From positions 71,728 through 132,898 of the forward strand of contig CAZBOW010000002.1 of NCBI GenBank assembly GCA_964493635.1: 61,171 bases of DNA, given 5' to 3'. Shown piece after piece: positions 37,083 to 46,547 of this stretch. The notes below the pieces were generated by a model. The model did not search any database. It was not told where the DNA came from and saw only the letters and a list, made by a program, of their open reading frames with translations. The DNA is from an uncultured Hyphomicrobiales bacterium (GTDB lineage Bacteria > Bacteroidota > Ignavibacteria > Kapaibacteriales > Kapaibacteriaceae). How positions within the stretch are numbered: position 1 is the stretch's first letter; every line of letters starts with the position of its first letter. Position numbers and translations under genes: made by a program.

Positions 37083-37988
37083 TTAGTTACCGAAGAGGCG
37101 CTTGACTTCACCAATCACCACCGTGACGTTCGGTTCAGAGGCTGCAGGAGGAGCTGGTGGTGCGGCTTTTTTCTTCTTGGACGTAAGCTCCGCAAGAATC
37201 GCAGCTTCGTTCACAGGTGCAGCCGACCCACCTGCCGGTGCTACAAGCTGGTAGACGATCCGAAGTTCTCCGTTGCGAACATCCGTAAAGTACGCCTGCA
37301 GAGCGGCCTTCCGCTCGGAGGCCTGAACATCATTGCCAGATTCCGAGAACACCGGTCGAACCGGTGCGGTGGGAGGTTCGGGTTTTTGTTTCGACTTCTT
37401 GTACTTCTTCTCGTAGGCCTTCATGCTCTTGGCCCATTCCAGCGAATCCACGAAGTAGGCACGAAGAGCTGCAGTCTTCATCGCAGCCTCGGCACCGGGA
37501 TCGGACGAAATGCGCACCACAATCTGCAATTGCTGATTGGCCTCCAAATCTGCCTTGAGGCCAGCGAGTGCCTGTTGCGATGTGGCGTTCAATGTTGTAC
37601 TGCCGCGATCGAACGCAACACCGCTATAGAGGGGAGTACCTTGCTTGAACTCCCGCACGGTGAAGTCCTGCTTGACTTCTTGAAAGGACGAACTCTTGGG
37701 GACAACAACGCTGTAGTCTTTGCGGTAGACGTTGTGTCCTCCCAAACTGAACTTGTACGTGCCGGCTTCGTTCAGAACCGTCAGGTAGCTGCCATCGGTG
37801 GAGTTCGAACTCACGGTGCGAATCCGCTTCCCAGCTGGATCGTAGATGTAGACTTTGCACTCCACGGGCGAGCCGGTGAGCTCGTCGGTGATCTTGCCTT
37901 CAACGCGTGTTACCGCCTGAGGTTGGGCTATGCTAGCCGTAACAACGATGGCAAGAAGTAAAACAATGCGGGCAGAAGTACTCAGCAT
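37083..37988 (-). CDS. Secreted hypothetical protein (CarboxypepD_reg-like N-domain, degenerate OmpA_C-like segments, Lys-rich linker)
   Basis: The start was trimmed to MLSTSARIVLLLAIVVTASIAQ (37988). The domain guesses are made by eye only. Confidence 0.6.
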   Translation of the reverse strand: MLSTSARIVLLLAIVVTASIAQPQAVTRVEGKITDELTGSPVECKVYIYDPAGKRIRTVSSNSTDGSYLTVLNEAGTYKFSLGGHNVYRKDYSVVVPKSSSFQEVKQDFTVREFKQGTPLYSGVAFDRGSTTLNATSQQALAGLKADLEANQQLQIVVRISSDPGAEAAMKTAALRAYFVDSLEWAKSMKAYEKKYKKSKQKPEPPTAPVRPVFSESGNDVQASERKAALQAYFTDVRNGELRIVYQLVAPAGGSAAPVNEAAILAELTSKKKKAAPPAPPAASEPNVTVVIGEVKRLFGN

Positions 37989-37992
37989 ACAA

Positions 37993-38757
37993 TCATGGTG
38001 TTGATGAGAGAAAACGGGCAATTCCAGTCTTGCAATCCTCTGTTTGTCGGGCCAAGGCATTCATCGACACGGCATATCGAAGGCCTGTTTCAAGCGTCAT
38101 TCCATGGAGGGCATGCAACATCTGCTTGGTAAGATCCATGGCAGAACCACTATTCTGCGCGAGTTGTGCAGCCAAGCGGTACGTTGCGGACTCAAGGTCA
38201 GCATCTGGCACAACGTGGGCAATCAACCCCATCGCGCATGCTTCGGTTGCGGAAATGTTCCGTGCCGTGAGCACCAGCTGCCGAGCTCGCGTATCCCCGA
38301 TCTTTCGGAGCAGGTACACCATGACGATCGCCGGGATGAAGCCAATCTTGACCTCCGAGTACCCGAACTGGGCCTTGTCCTCGGCTGCAAGCACGATATC
38401 GCAAACAGTGGCTAAGCCACAGCCACCGGCAATAGCAGGCCCATGCACCATCCCAACGACCGGCTTGGAGCAGGTCACGATTCGTTCAAACATGGCCATC
38501 AGGCGGGCCGAGTCCTCGGCATTTTCCTGGGGCGATAGCTCGGAGATCTGTTGCAGGTAGGCCAAATCGGCACCGGCACAAAACGCTGGTCCAGCCCCCT
38601 TCAACACCACAACCCGCACACGAGGATCGTTGTGCGCAGCATCCATGGCATGATGCACGGCAGCAATCAGCTCGGGATTCAGCGCATTGCGCTTCTCCGG
38701 CCGATTCATCGTAAGGGTAAGGATGCCGTCGCTCAGGGTTTGCAGCAGGGGTTCCAT
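37993..38757 (-). CDS. Enoyl-CoA hydratase/isomerase (crotonase) family protein
   Basis: Motifs LTLTMNRPEKRNALN, GAGPAFCAGADL and GPAIAGGCGLA are present. The start was trimmed to MEPLLQ (38757) because the listed ORF extension overlaps the S8 gene. Confidence 0.85.
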   Translation of the reverse strand: MEPLLQTLSDGILTLTMNRPEKRNALNPELIAAVHHAMDAAHNDPRVRVVVLKGAGPAFCAGADLAYLQQISELSPQENAEDSARLMAMFERIVTCSKPVVGMVHGPAIAGGCGLATVCDIVLAAEDKAQFGYSEVKIGFIPAIVMVYLLRKIGDTRARQLVLTARNISATEACAMGLIAHVVPDADLESATYRLAAQLAQNSGSAMDLTKQMLHALHGMTLETGLRYAVSMNALARQTEDCKTGIARFLSSTP

Positions 38758-38777
38758 CGGCCGAAGATACGAGTCCG

Positions 38778-41579
38778 TTAGCGGAGGACCACGAGTGGAA
38801 TGTACACGACGGTGCCAAACGCCGATCCATGCGCGCGTACGGCATAGATCCCAGGAGCTATGCTCCCGACGTCGATCATGACGATGCGATCGGAAGGCAG
38901 GGCCCGCTGCCGTATCACCTGTTGCCCCTGAAGGGTGGTGATGGTGATATCCACAGGATTGTTGTCGTTTGGCGGAAGAGACAGCCACACTTCGGACTGC
39001 GCAGGGTTCGGATACAGCAGCCTGCGATCGCGATGTCTCTCCGGAGCCGAACCGTCTACCGTGCGGGCCAGACGGATGGCATCCTCTGCCGCTGTTGCCA
39101 GGCTGATCACATACCGCAGTTCACGCCGGCCACCGGGTGGAATCGGGTCGGAAAAGTGGATGCCCGTTACCGTGGCAATGTCGTTGACTTCCGTGTATTG
39201 TTCCGTATGCTGATTCAGCAGTGCCCACTTCGCGGCCGTCGAGAAGCCTCGATACGTTGCGGTGTTGTCCATCGTGATGGTAATTGGCCGGGCATCAGCA
39301 AACACCGACGATACCCCAAGTGCTACGGCAGGTTCGTCGGGCACCACCGACGTCGCAATCTGTAGGCTGCGATTCGCGTCCCCATCAACGACATATCCGC
39401 GGTTTCGCGAGGGGTTGGTTCCCAGATCCCAGTCCGAGAAGTAGGCCACGCTCATGGTTGGCCACGTCGTATCACTGCGGTTCGTCACGGTCAGATCAAT
39501 TACGATGGCTGCTGAGTCGGCACCGGCCATCCACACGCGTTGCTCTACCTCGACCCCACTGCGGAGACTGTCTGGTGCATCGCCATCGTTTACAACAGCT
39601 ACCATCGTATCGGGCCGCACATAGCGCTTGACAGGACGGAAGTGATCATTGGTGCCGCGACTAGCACGCACGGCATCTACCACACGATCACCAACGGAGA
39701 CCATCAGCCCTGATTCATAGAGCTGACCGCAATACTGTTTGAAGGTGAGGCCAGCCCCCTGCCCCCGGGACAGATCGGTATTCCCCATGCGGCCCCGATC
39801 TCCCAGCGATACCGTAAGGACATCATTGTGAATGGTTCGAAACTCCGGTGCTGGGGTAACGGGAAGGATGAGGTCAAAGAGTTCCGTATTGGCACGCAGC
39901 TGGGCATGAACAAAGGCCGACGCATCGGTTTGTTGCTGAACGACAAATGAAAGCGACGGCAGTTGAAGACTGTCACCCACTTCGATAACGCGGGATGTTG
40001 TATCCGTTGTACTTGGCAGCAGTCGAAGCGGTTGAAGCGGTGTGGGCCAAATGATATCGGCCATGGACAATCCTGCCACCGTAGCGGTTCGGAGTGTGTT
40101 GGCTATGACGGGTGTTACCGAGATGGTATCGCCAACCGTCCAGCGGGAATCCCCCAGGGCACGCACGTTCACCGACTGTACTTCCAAATCCACACGAGTA
40201 GAATCGGGGGTGACGGCCGCCAGCGCATCTACCCTGCCCTTCGGCAGCAGACGCTCATCGATCGTTGCCGGAACACTCGTCCACGGTGCAGGAGTGGCGG
40301 AGGCCTTCACCGTAGCCAATGCTTGCCGGGCGGAGTACTCTGGATACCGGGATCGCACCAACCCGACGATGGCAGCTACAATGGGCGACGATCCCGACGT
40401 ACAACAGAAGCCGCCATATGTTCCATCGTTGCTGGTGGTAATCGTACCCTGGCCGGGTGCCATCACATCCACTGTTGGGCCGTGGCCGGACATGGAGATG
40501 ACGTTATCCGCGGCATCGGTGACGCCTACGTTCAGCACGCCGGGATACGACCCCGGATAGAACGGCGTTGTGCTACCATGATTTCCTGCTGCGGCTACAA
40601 TGGCAACATTCCGTTCGATGGCGTATCGGATGATGCTCTCGTTGATACACGACGGGGAATATCCTCCCCAGCTACAGTTCACCACCTGCACGTTGTTCAG
40701 GGCACAGTACATGATGGACTCATAGCCATAGACGATTCCTGGAACGTTGTTGGGCATTGTTTTCAACGGAACGATGGTACACGCACCAGCCACACCGGCA
40801 ATACCAATACCATTGTTCACCGCGGCTGCGCAAATCCCAGCAACACCGGTACCGTGACCCTCCGTGGAATTAAAGGTATTGCCCGGAGGTGTGCCGTCGT
40901 CCGACGTGCAGAAGTTGTAGCCTCGGTAGTCATCGATGAATCCGTTACCGTCGTCATCGACGCCATTGTCTGGAATCTCCCTGTCGCGCATGAAGAGTTG
41001 GGGTGCCAAATCCTCGTGTTCCTGAAGGATGCCGCTGTCACTGATGCCAATGGATACCGTTGCCGAGCCCCCTTCCACATCCCAAGCATCAAAGGCTCGA
41101 ATCGTGGCAAGCATCTCCTGTTCCGAACTGAGAGAGTCGTTGGGAACGCCGGCTAGCTGGTAGATGTGGACGGGCTCTGCAACCTCGATTGCCGAGCACC
41201 CAACACGCAGAAACGCAATGGCTTTCTCCGGTGGAATAGCATCCTGGTAGGCCACGACATACGTTCGCAGTAGTTCCTCCTCCAACTGCAGCGCTGCTAC
41301 CGACGGGCGATCTCGTGCGGCGCGACGAGGCTGGTTACTCTGCAATTGCGCCGTGAGTGATTGCTCCCATGGAAGCACGGCATACAATACGCTACATCCG
41401 GCTTCGGCCAGCACCGATGCGTGAAGCTCGCGTGGAATACCTGGGGCCAACCGCACCTTGAGACGACCACCCAACGCCGGGTCCTGACGAAGGCCTGGCT
41501 CGGCAGGCCATAACACGGGTTGTGCAGCCGCCGTGCTTACGAGCACGAGGATGAGCGCCGCAACAGAAAGGATCTTCAT
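38778..41579 (-). CDS. S8 (subtilisin-family) serine peptidase with a large C-terminal extension and T9SS sorting domain
   Basis: It has a signal peptide, the D/H/S motifs (GISDSGI; GHGTGVAGI; CTSGSSPIVAA), NCSWGG and the tail LYPNPAQSEVWLSL...GTVVYIPLVVLR. Confidence 0.9.
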   Translation of the reverse strand: MKILSVAALILVLVSTAAAQPVLWPAEPGLRQDPALGGRLKVRLAPGIPRELHASVLAEAGCSVLYAVLPWEQSLTAQLQSNQPRRAARDRPSVAALQLEEELLRTYVVAYQDAIPPEKAIAFLRVGCSAIEVAEPVHIYQLAGVPNDSLSSEQEMLATIRAFDAWDVEGGSATVSIGISDSGILQEHEDLAPQLFMRDREIPDNGVDDDGNGFIDDYRGYNFCTSDDGTPPGNTFNSTEGHGTGVAGICAAAVNNGIGIAGVAGACTIVPLKTMPNNVPGIVYGYESIMYCALNNVQVVNCSWGGYSPSCINESIIRYAIERNVAIVAAAGNHGSTTPFYPGSYPGVLNVGVTDAADNVISMSGHGPTVDVMAPGQGTITTSNDGTYGGFCCTSGSSPIVAAIVGLVRSRYPEYSARQALATVKASATPAPWTSVPATIDERLLPKGRVDALAAVTPDSTRVDLEVQSVNVRALGDSRWTVGDTISVTPVIANTLRTATVAGLSMADIIWPTPLQPLRLLPSTTDTTSRVIEVGDSLQLPSLSFVVQQQTDASAFVHAQLRANTELFDLILPVTPAPEFRTIHNDVLTVSLGDRGRMGNTDLSRGQGAGLTFKQYCGQLYESGLMVSVGDRVVDAVRASRGTNDHFRPVKRYVRPDTMVAVVNDGDAPDSLRSGVEVEQRVWMAGADSAAIVIDLTVTNRSDTTWPTMSVAYFSDWDLGTNPSRNRGYVVDGDANRSLQIATSVVPDEPAVALGVSSVFADARPITITMDNTATYRGFSTAAKWALLNQHTEQYTEVNDIATVTGIHFSDPIPPGGRRELRYVISLATAAEDAIRLARTVDGSAPERHRDRRLLYPNPAQSEVWLSLPPNDNNPVDITITTLQGQQVIRQRALPSDRIVMIDVGSIAPGIYAVRAHGSAFGTVVYIPLVVLR

Positions 41580-44398
41580 CGTAGCATCACAAGTTGCTGA
41601 GCCGTACCACCGGCATGTACCAAATACATTCCCGGTGGAAGGGCACGAACATCGACCACAGTGGACGTACTTCCCGGCTGCGTAGCTTGATGATGCACGA
41701 CGGCTCCCATCATGGTTGTTACAGTGATGGTGGCGGTTGTTTGGAGGTGACTCACCGTTACGTAGTCCGATGCAGGGTTGGGAAAGAGGTTCCGGCTGGA
41801 ATGCTCAATAACCGACATGGGATCTGCAAGGGTTTCCCGAACCGCGACGGATGCTTCTTCGATACTCTGTCCTACACCGATGACCACCATTATTGTTCTC
41901 GTATCACCGGGAAGGAGCCTTCCGGGGAACCTCATTCCGAGGACACCACTCACATCACCCGTCTGCGTCGTCTGAATGGTGGTACCCGAGGACAGCAATC
42001 GCACCACATCGGCGTCGGTCATCCCATCGGTGTCGTCGGCAATGTCCCAGATCAGCATTCCGGAGGCCTGTGCCTCGGCAGAAAGGTCGGAGGTAGCAGC
42101 AGCACACACCACTGCCACCGGAAGCGACTCATGCGTAAACGCCTGTGCAACGGCACCACCCGCGATGTGCGTAGGAATTGCTTCTGGTGCCAATCGGGTG
42201 GAGTTGTTGATCACGGTTGCCACATCCCAGTCGAAGTAGTACCCGGCGGCAACATCCTGCAGGGGCGTGGTGGTCCGGTTTTCGATCGTGACCTCCACAA
42301 CGGCTGTTGTTGACGTTACCGATGGGAAGGTCCAGCGCGTGGTAATGCGGATTCCGACATCTTTTCCGCTTAAGCTATCGGTCATCACTGCCGTGGTGGT
42401 GTCTGGAGCAACGAAGGGCCGTTGAATCGTGAATTCGCTCTGGGTGCCGACGTTGTTGAATGCCTTCACCACCCGCGATCCTCCTTCGGAGAAGAGCAGG
42501 CCACTCGGTGAGAGCAAGTTGTAGCGGCCCTTCCACACAAAGCCATTTCCGGTGCGGGAGATCAGCACATTATTGTAGCCAAAGGTGCCATCATCCCCGG
42601 CAGAGAACAGTAGCTCGTTGTTCTCAAAGGTACCCATGGTGGTCGATGGGTTGACGTAGTCCAGCATGCTTCGCTCAGTGCCGTCATTTTGGGCCGTAAG
42701 CTCCAGAATGCAGGGGGCTTGAGATTGCTGCTGTACCACAAGGCGGAACGGGCCAATGCGCTCCGACGCTCCAGATGCGAGGGCACCACCGCGCACAACG
42801 GTCGTGGAAACACCAACCTGCCAGCGATTTTCTTCTGCAATGCGAAGTCGATAGTCCAGTGTGCCAACCGGTCCCAGCTCGTTGCGGATGGTGTACCACA
42901 GCTGTAGGGTGTCGCCATTGGCAAAACGATCTCCGCGTCGACCATCCAGATGGCGACGCTCAACCGATATGATTCGCAGCGCCGGAACCGATTGAGGCGC
43001 TGTGCTCAGAGCTGCCTGGGCATCGACCCTTCCCGGGAGCACATTGGCGTACCCCGGATTACTACCGTCGATGTTGGTAGCTGTCTCCTCGATAAGGGCC
43101 GCGATTTGCCGAGGGGGAAGCGTTGGATATTGGGCAGCTACAAGGGCAGCTACACCGGAGACGATTGGTGCTGCAAACGACGTTCCTGTGATTCCCTGCG
43201 TGGCATAGCCGCCTCCGGCCTCGGTGGTCGTGGCACGGTTACCGGGTGCCATCACGCCAGCATTGATCCCCAAACCCGACGACTGTACCACTGCATCGCC
43301 GGCCGTGGTTTCGCCAACCCCCAAAACGCCACGGTAACTTGCCGGAAAATTCACGAGTTGCCAGCCCAATCCACCAGTGCCGTCGCCATGGTTGCCGGCC
43401 GAGGCCACAATCAGCGTGCCCAGCTCGGTGCAGTAGTCTACAATGTCCTGATCAATCACCGACGGCGGCTTAACGGCTCCCCATGAACAGTTTACAATCC
43501 GAGCACCCATCTGTGCTGCATACATCAGGGACTGGTATCCGTAGAGAATGCCATTCTGATCGGTACGCGCCGTCTTCATCGGAAGCATTCGGCAGTTCCA
43601 TGCAATGCCTGCCATGCCGATACCATTATTCGTGGTGGCACAGGCGATTCCGGCTACTCGCGTGCCGTGACCGTTCGCACGGTAGTTGATGGTGACACCG
43701 GGCTGGGTTCCCTCCTCCTGCCAGGTGAAGTTGTAGCCCTGATAGTCGTCCACATAGCCATTGTTATCGTCATCGATCATGTTGTCCGGAATCTCACCGG
43801 TATTGGTCCAAAGCGAGCCCTGAAGATCCTCGTGCTGCTGGTCGACACCATTGTCGCTAATGGCAATCACAATGCCGGGATTCCCCTGTTGAAGATCCCA
43901 GGCTGCAGGCATGCGAATTGTAGCAAGTGCCTGCTGTGAACCCACAAGGGGATCGTTCGGCACCGCATGAAGCTGACCAATGAACCACGGCTCGGCCGAC
44001 TCGACAGCAGGATCCTGCAGGGCAACGGTCACAGCCTTCCACGGATCCATGGGACCGGTATACCGCACAATGGCCGTGCGCAAGAGTCGCTCCTCCACAG
44101 CCGCTAATCGCGCATTGTAGATGCCTCGCGGTGCCAGACGGCCAAAGGCCCTGCACTGACTCGGCAGAAGAAACCACTGCGTAACGTCCATGTTCGTCTG
44201 CGGCGAGCAACTCGTCGATCCTGGCTGAAACCGCACGATCAGGTATCCGGGACGCACCGGCGACTGCGCAGCGAAGAGTGGTATCAACCCGGCTGTCAGG
44301 ACCACGGTGGTGAGCAAAACCAGCGTCCGGAGCGTGTTTTGCAAGCTGTTTTGTGACATTGGCTTGGTAGGGGTCATAGCATTTCGCAGTTTTCGCAC
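41576..44398 (-). CDS. S8 serine peptidase paralog with T9SS sorting domain
   Basis: It has the D/H/S motifs (AISDNGVD; GHGTRVAGI; GTSFAAPIVSG), NCSWGA and the tail LFPNPASDYVTVSH...GTAQQLVMLR. It overlaps the paralog by 4 nt. Confidence 0.9.
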   Translation of the reverse strand: MRKLRNAMTPTKPMSQNSLQNTLRTLVLLTTVVLTAGLIPLFAAQSPVRPGYLIVRFQPGSTSCSPQTNMDVTQWFLLPSQCRAFGRLAPRGIYNARLAAVEERLLRTAIVRYTGPMDPWKAVTVALQDPAVESAEPWFIGQLHAVPNDPLVGSQQALATIRMPAAWDLQQGNPGIVIAISDNGVDQQHEDLQGSLWTNTGEIPDNMIDDDNNGYVDDYQGYNFTWQEEGTQPGVTINYRANGHGTRVAGIACATTNNGIGMAGIAWNCRMLPMKTARTDQNGILYGYQSLMYAAQMGARIVNCSWGAVKPPSVIDQDIVDYCTELGTLIVASAGNHGDGTGGLGWQLVNFPASYRGVLGVGETTAGDAVVQSSGLGINAGVMAPGNRATTTEAGGGYATQGITGTSFAAPIVSGVAALVAAQYPTLPPRQIAALIEETATNIDGSNPGYANVLPGRVDAQAALSTAPQSVPALRIISVERRHLDGRRGDRFANGDTLQLWYTIRNELGPVGTLDYRLRIAEENRWQVGVSTTVVRGGALASGASERIGPFRLVVQQQSQAPCILELTAQNDGTERSMLDYVNPSTTMGTFENNELLFSAGDDGTFGYNNVLISRTGNGFVWKGRYNLLSPSGLLFSEGGSRVVKAFNNVGTQSEFTIQRPFVAPDTTTAVMTDSLSGKDVGIRITTRWTFPSVTSTTAVVEVTIENRTTTPLQDVAAGYYFDWDVATVINNSTRLAPEAIPTHIAGGAVAQAFTHESLPVAVVCAAATSDLSAEAQASGMLIWDIADDTDGMTDADVVRLLSSGTTIQTTQTGDVSGVLGMRFPGRLLPGDTRTIMVVIGVGQSIEEASVAVRETLADPMSVIEHSSRNLFPNPASDYVTVSHLQTTATITVTTMMGAVVHHQATQPGSTSTVVDVRALPPGMYLVHAGGTAQQLVMLR

Positions 44399-44427
44399 TT
44401 CATCCCAGGAAGGTTGTCGTAAAGATC

Positions 44428-46020
44428 ATGTCCGACCAACAAAGTTTCATCGTAACGGCTCGAAAATGGCGCCCGCTCACCTTTGCTGACGTGGTGGGCC
44501 AAGAGCACGTAACCACTACCCTGAAGAATGCAATCGCCTCCGGTCGTGTTCACCATGCCTACTTGTTCACCGGTCCTCGTGGTGTGGGCAAGACAACCTG
44601 TGCCCGTATCCTATCCAGAGCGCTGAACTGCCAGCATCCGGTAAATAACGAGCCATGCAACACCTGTTCGTCGTGCGTTGATGTCTTGGAGGGACGCAGC
44701 GTCGATGTGATCGAAATCGACGGTGCCTCCAACAACAGTGTTGATGATATCCGGAAACTACGCGACAATGCGAAATACGCACCTCTGAGTGGGCAGTACA
44801 AGCTCTACATCATCGATGAAGTTCACATGCTGTCCACGGCAGCATTCAACGCACTTCTGAAAACTCTCGAGGAGCCCCCTCCCCATCTAATCTTCGTGTT
44901 TGCCACCACCGAGATTCATAAGGTTCCGGCCACGATTCTCAGCCGGTGTCAGCGCTTCGATTTCCGGCGTATGGAGGTCGAGTCGATCGTACAACACCTC
45001 GCTACCATTGCTGCCGCCGATGGGATTACCATCGACGAATCGGCCCTGACCATCATTGCTCGCAAAGCTGATGGTTCAATGCGCGACTCTCAGTCGATCT
45101 TCGACCAGGTCGTCTCGTACTGTGGCACCTCGATCACCGGCGGGGCCGTAGCGGATGCACTCCACCTGATTGATACCGAGTTCTACTTCCAACTCAGCGA
45201 TGCTGCACGTGCCGGCGATGTGCGCACGATGTTCAGCCTAGCCTCGCAGGTTGTTCAGCGCGGCTATGATCTACAGGACTGCCTGCTTGGCCTTCTTGAA
45301 CATTATCGGAATATCCTGACGGTGCTCACTACGGGTTCGACCGAGCTGATCGAGGGTTCCTCGCAAGAACGAGATCACTACAATACGTCGGCACCTGCGT
45401 TCAACCAGGCCGACGTCATCCGAGCCATGAACATTATTGTGTCGGGCGAAGCCGTCCTACGCCAGCATCCCCCGCAGCCACGGGTACGGTTTGAGTTCAC
45501 GCTTGTCCAACTGGCATCGATGGATTCGTCCGTCGATCTCGGCGAATTGCTCCAGCGGCTTGGTGGGAAGGGGGCTTCCCCCGTGGGTGGTGTTACCATG
45601 GCCCTTAAGGTTGGTGCACGACCGGCACCAATGAAGCGGGAGCCGGTAAGCTCGCTGTCGTCGGGCAACCTACATCAGAAGTGGGAACATGTGTTGCAGG
45701 GATTGCCGGAACATCTTGCCTTTGTACGTTCGACGTTGCGTCAGGGACTCCTTGAAGCCGACCTCACCGAGGTTGGGATTGTACTCCGCCCGTTGGCCGA
45801 AGTGATCCATCAACGCTTGGCCGACAAACTTGCCGATCTGAAAGTGCACCTGCAGTCCGTCTACGGTGCCTCGATTGGCGTTCAGCTCATGCCACCGGGA
45901 ATGGGACAGCAGGGTGCCGACATTCCACCGGCACCATCCGAAGCCGATAGCGCACTTCCAATCGAGGAAGTGTTGATTGAACTGTTCAATGCCAAACAGG
46001 TTCCTGTGTTCAAGTCGTAA
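44428..46020 (+). CDS. dnaX: DNA polymerase III subunit gamma/tau
   Basis: Motifs RKWRPLTFADVVGQEHV, GPRGVGKTT, a Cys4 cluster (CQHPVNNEPCNTCSSC), IIDEVHMLS and SRCQRFDF are present. Confidence 0.95.
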   Translation: MSDQQSFIVTARKWRPLTFADVVGQEHVTTTLKNAIASGRVHHAYLFTGPRGVGKTTCARILSRALNCQHPVNNEPCNTCSSCVDVLEGRSVDVIEIDGASNNSVDDIRKLRDNAKYAPLSGQYKLYIIDEVHMLSTAAFNALLKTLEEPPPHLIFVFATTEIHKVPATILSRCQRFDFRRMEVESIVQHLATIAAADGITIDESALTIIARKADGSMRDSQSIFDQVVSYCGTSITGGAVADALHLIDTEFYFQLSDAARAGDVRTMFSLASQVVQRGYDLQDCLLGLLEHYRNILTVLTTGSTELIEGSSQERDHYNTSAPAFNQADVIRAMNIIVSGEAVLRQHPPQPRVRFEFTLVQLASMDSSVDLGELLQRLGGKGASPVGGVTMALKVGARPAPMKREPVSSLSSGNLHQKWEHVLQGLPEHLAFVRSTLRQGLLEADLTEVGIVLRPLAEVIHQRLADKLADLKVHLQSVYGASIGVQLMPPGMGQQGADIPPAPSEADSALPIEEVLIELFNAKQVPVFKS

Positions 46021-46025
46021 TTTTG
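46018..46025 (+). promoter_or_regulatory. TAnnTTTG box (TAATTTTG) overlapping the dnaX stop, 38 nt upstream of bcp
   Basis: Read directly. No exact -33 TTG was found. Confidence 0.35.
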
Positions 46026-46063
46026 AGCATCGACGCTGTTCCACCTACACGTGATCTGTTCGT

Positions 46064-46543
46064 ATGGCACTCTCTCCCGGCACGAAGGCACCCGCAATTA
46101 CAGCAGCACCTACGCAGGGAGGTGGCTCGTGGAGCTTAAAGCAAGCAAAGGGCTCTTGGCTGGTGCTGTATTTCTATCCCAAGGATAACACCTCGGGTTG
46201 CACCACTCAGGCCTGCGATTTTCGCGATGCCATGACCCGACTGGCAACCGCCGACGTTGCGGTGGTTGGCGTCAGTCCGGACAGCGTCAAGAGCCATGAC
46301 AACTTCATCGCAAAGCACAACCTGAACTTCACCCTGCTGTCCGATCCTGAGTCGGGCATCTGCGAGGCCTACGATGTGTGGAAGGAAAAGTCGATGTACG
46401 GCCGAACATACATGGGCGTTGTACGGACCACCTATTTGATCAATCCAGCGGGAACGATTGTCCACGTGTGGGACAAGGTGAGTGTCAAGGGCCATGTCGA
46501 CGATGTGATTGCCACGCTGGCTGAACATGGCGTCACCGTATAA
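46064..46543 (+). CDS. bcp: Thiol peroxidase Bcp/PrxQ (peroxiredoxin)
   Basis: LVLYFYPKDNTSGCTTQAC (CxxxxC) and an AhpC/TSA-like layout. Confidence 0.9.
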   Translation: MALSPGTKAPAITAAPTQGGGSWSLKQAKGSWLVLYFYPKDNTSGCTTQACDFRDAMTRLATADVAVVGVSPDSVKSHDNFIAKHNLNFTLLSDPESGICEAYDVWKEKSMYGRTYMGVVRTTYLINPAGTIVHVWDKVSVKGHVDDVIATLAEHGVTV

Positions 46544-46547
46544 CGGC

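Noticed and set aside
38758-38988. N-terminal extension of the crotonase ORF (37993..38988).
   Set aside because: It overlaps the T9SS tail of the S8 peptidase gene and is His/Arg-rich. Crotonase homology starts at MEPLLQ (38757).
44428-46020. A programmed -1 frameshift site in dnaX (gamma/tau), of the A AAA AAG type.
   Set aside because: I saw no run of six or more A, and no comparable slippery heptamer, in the gene by eye.
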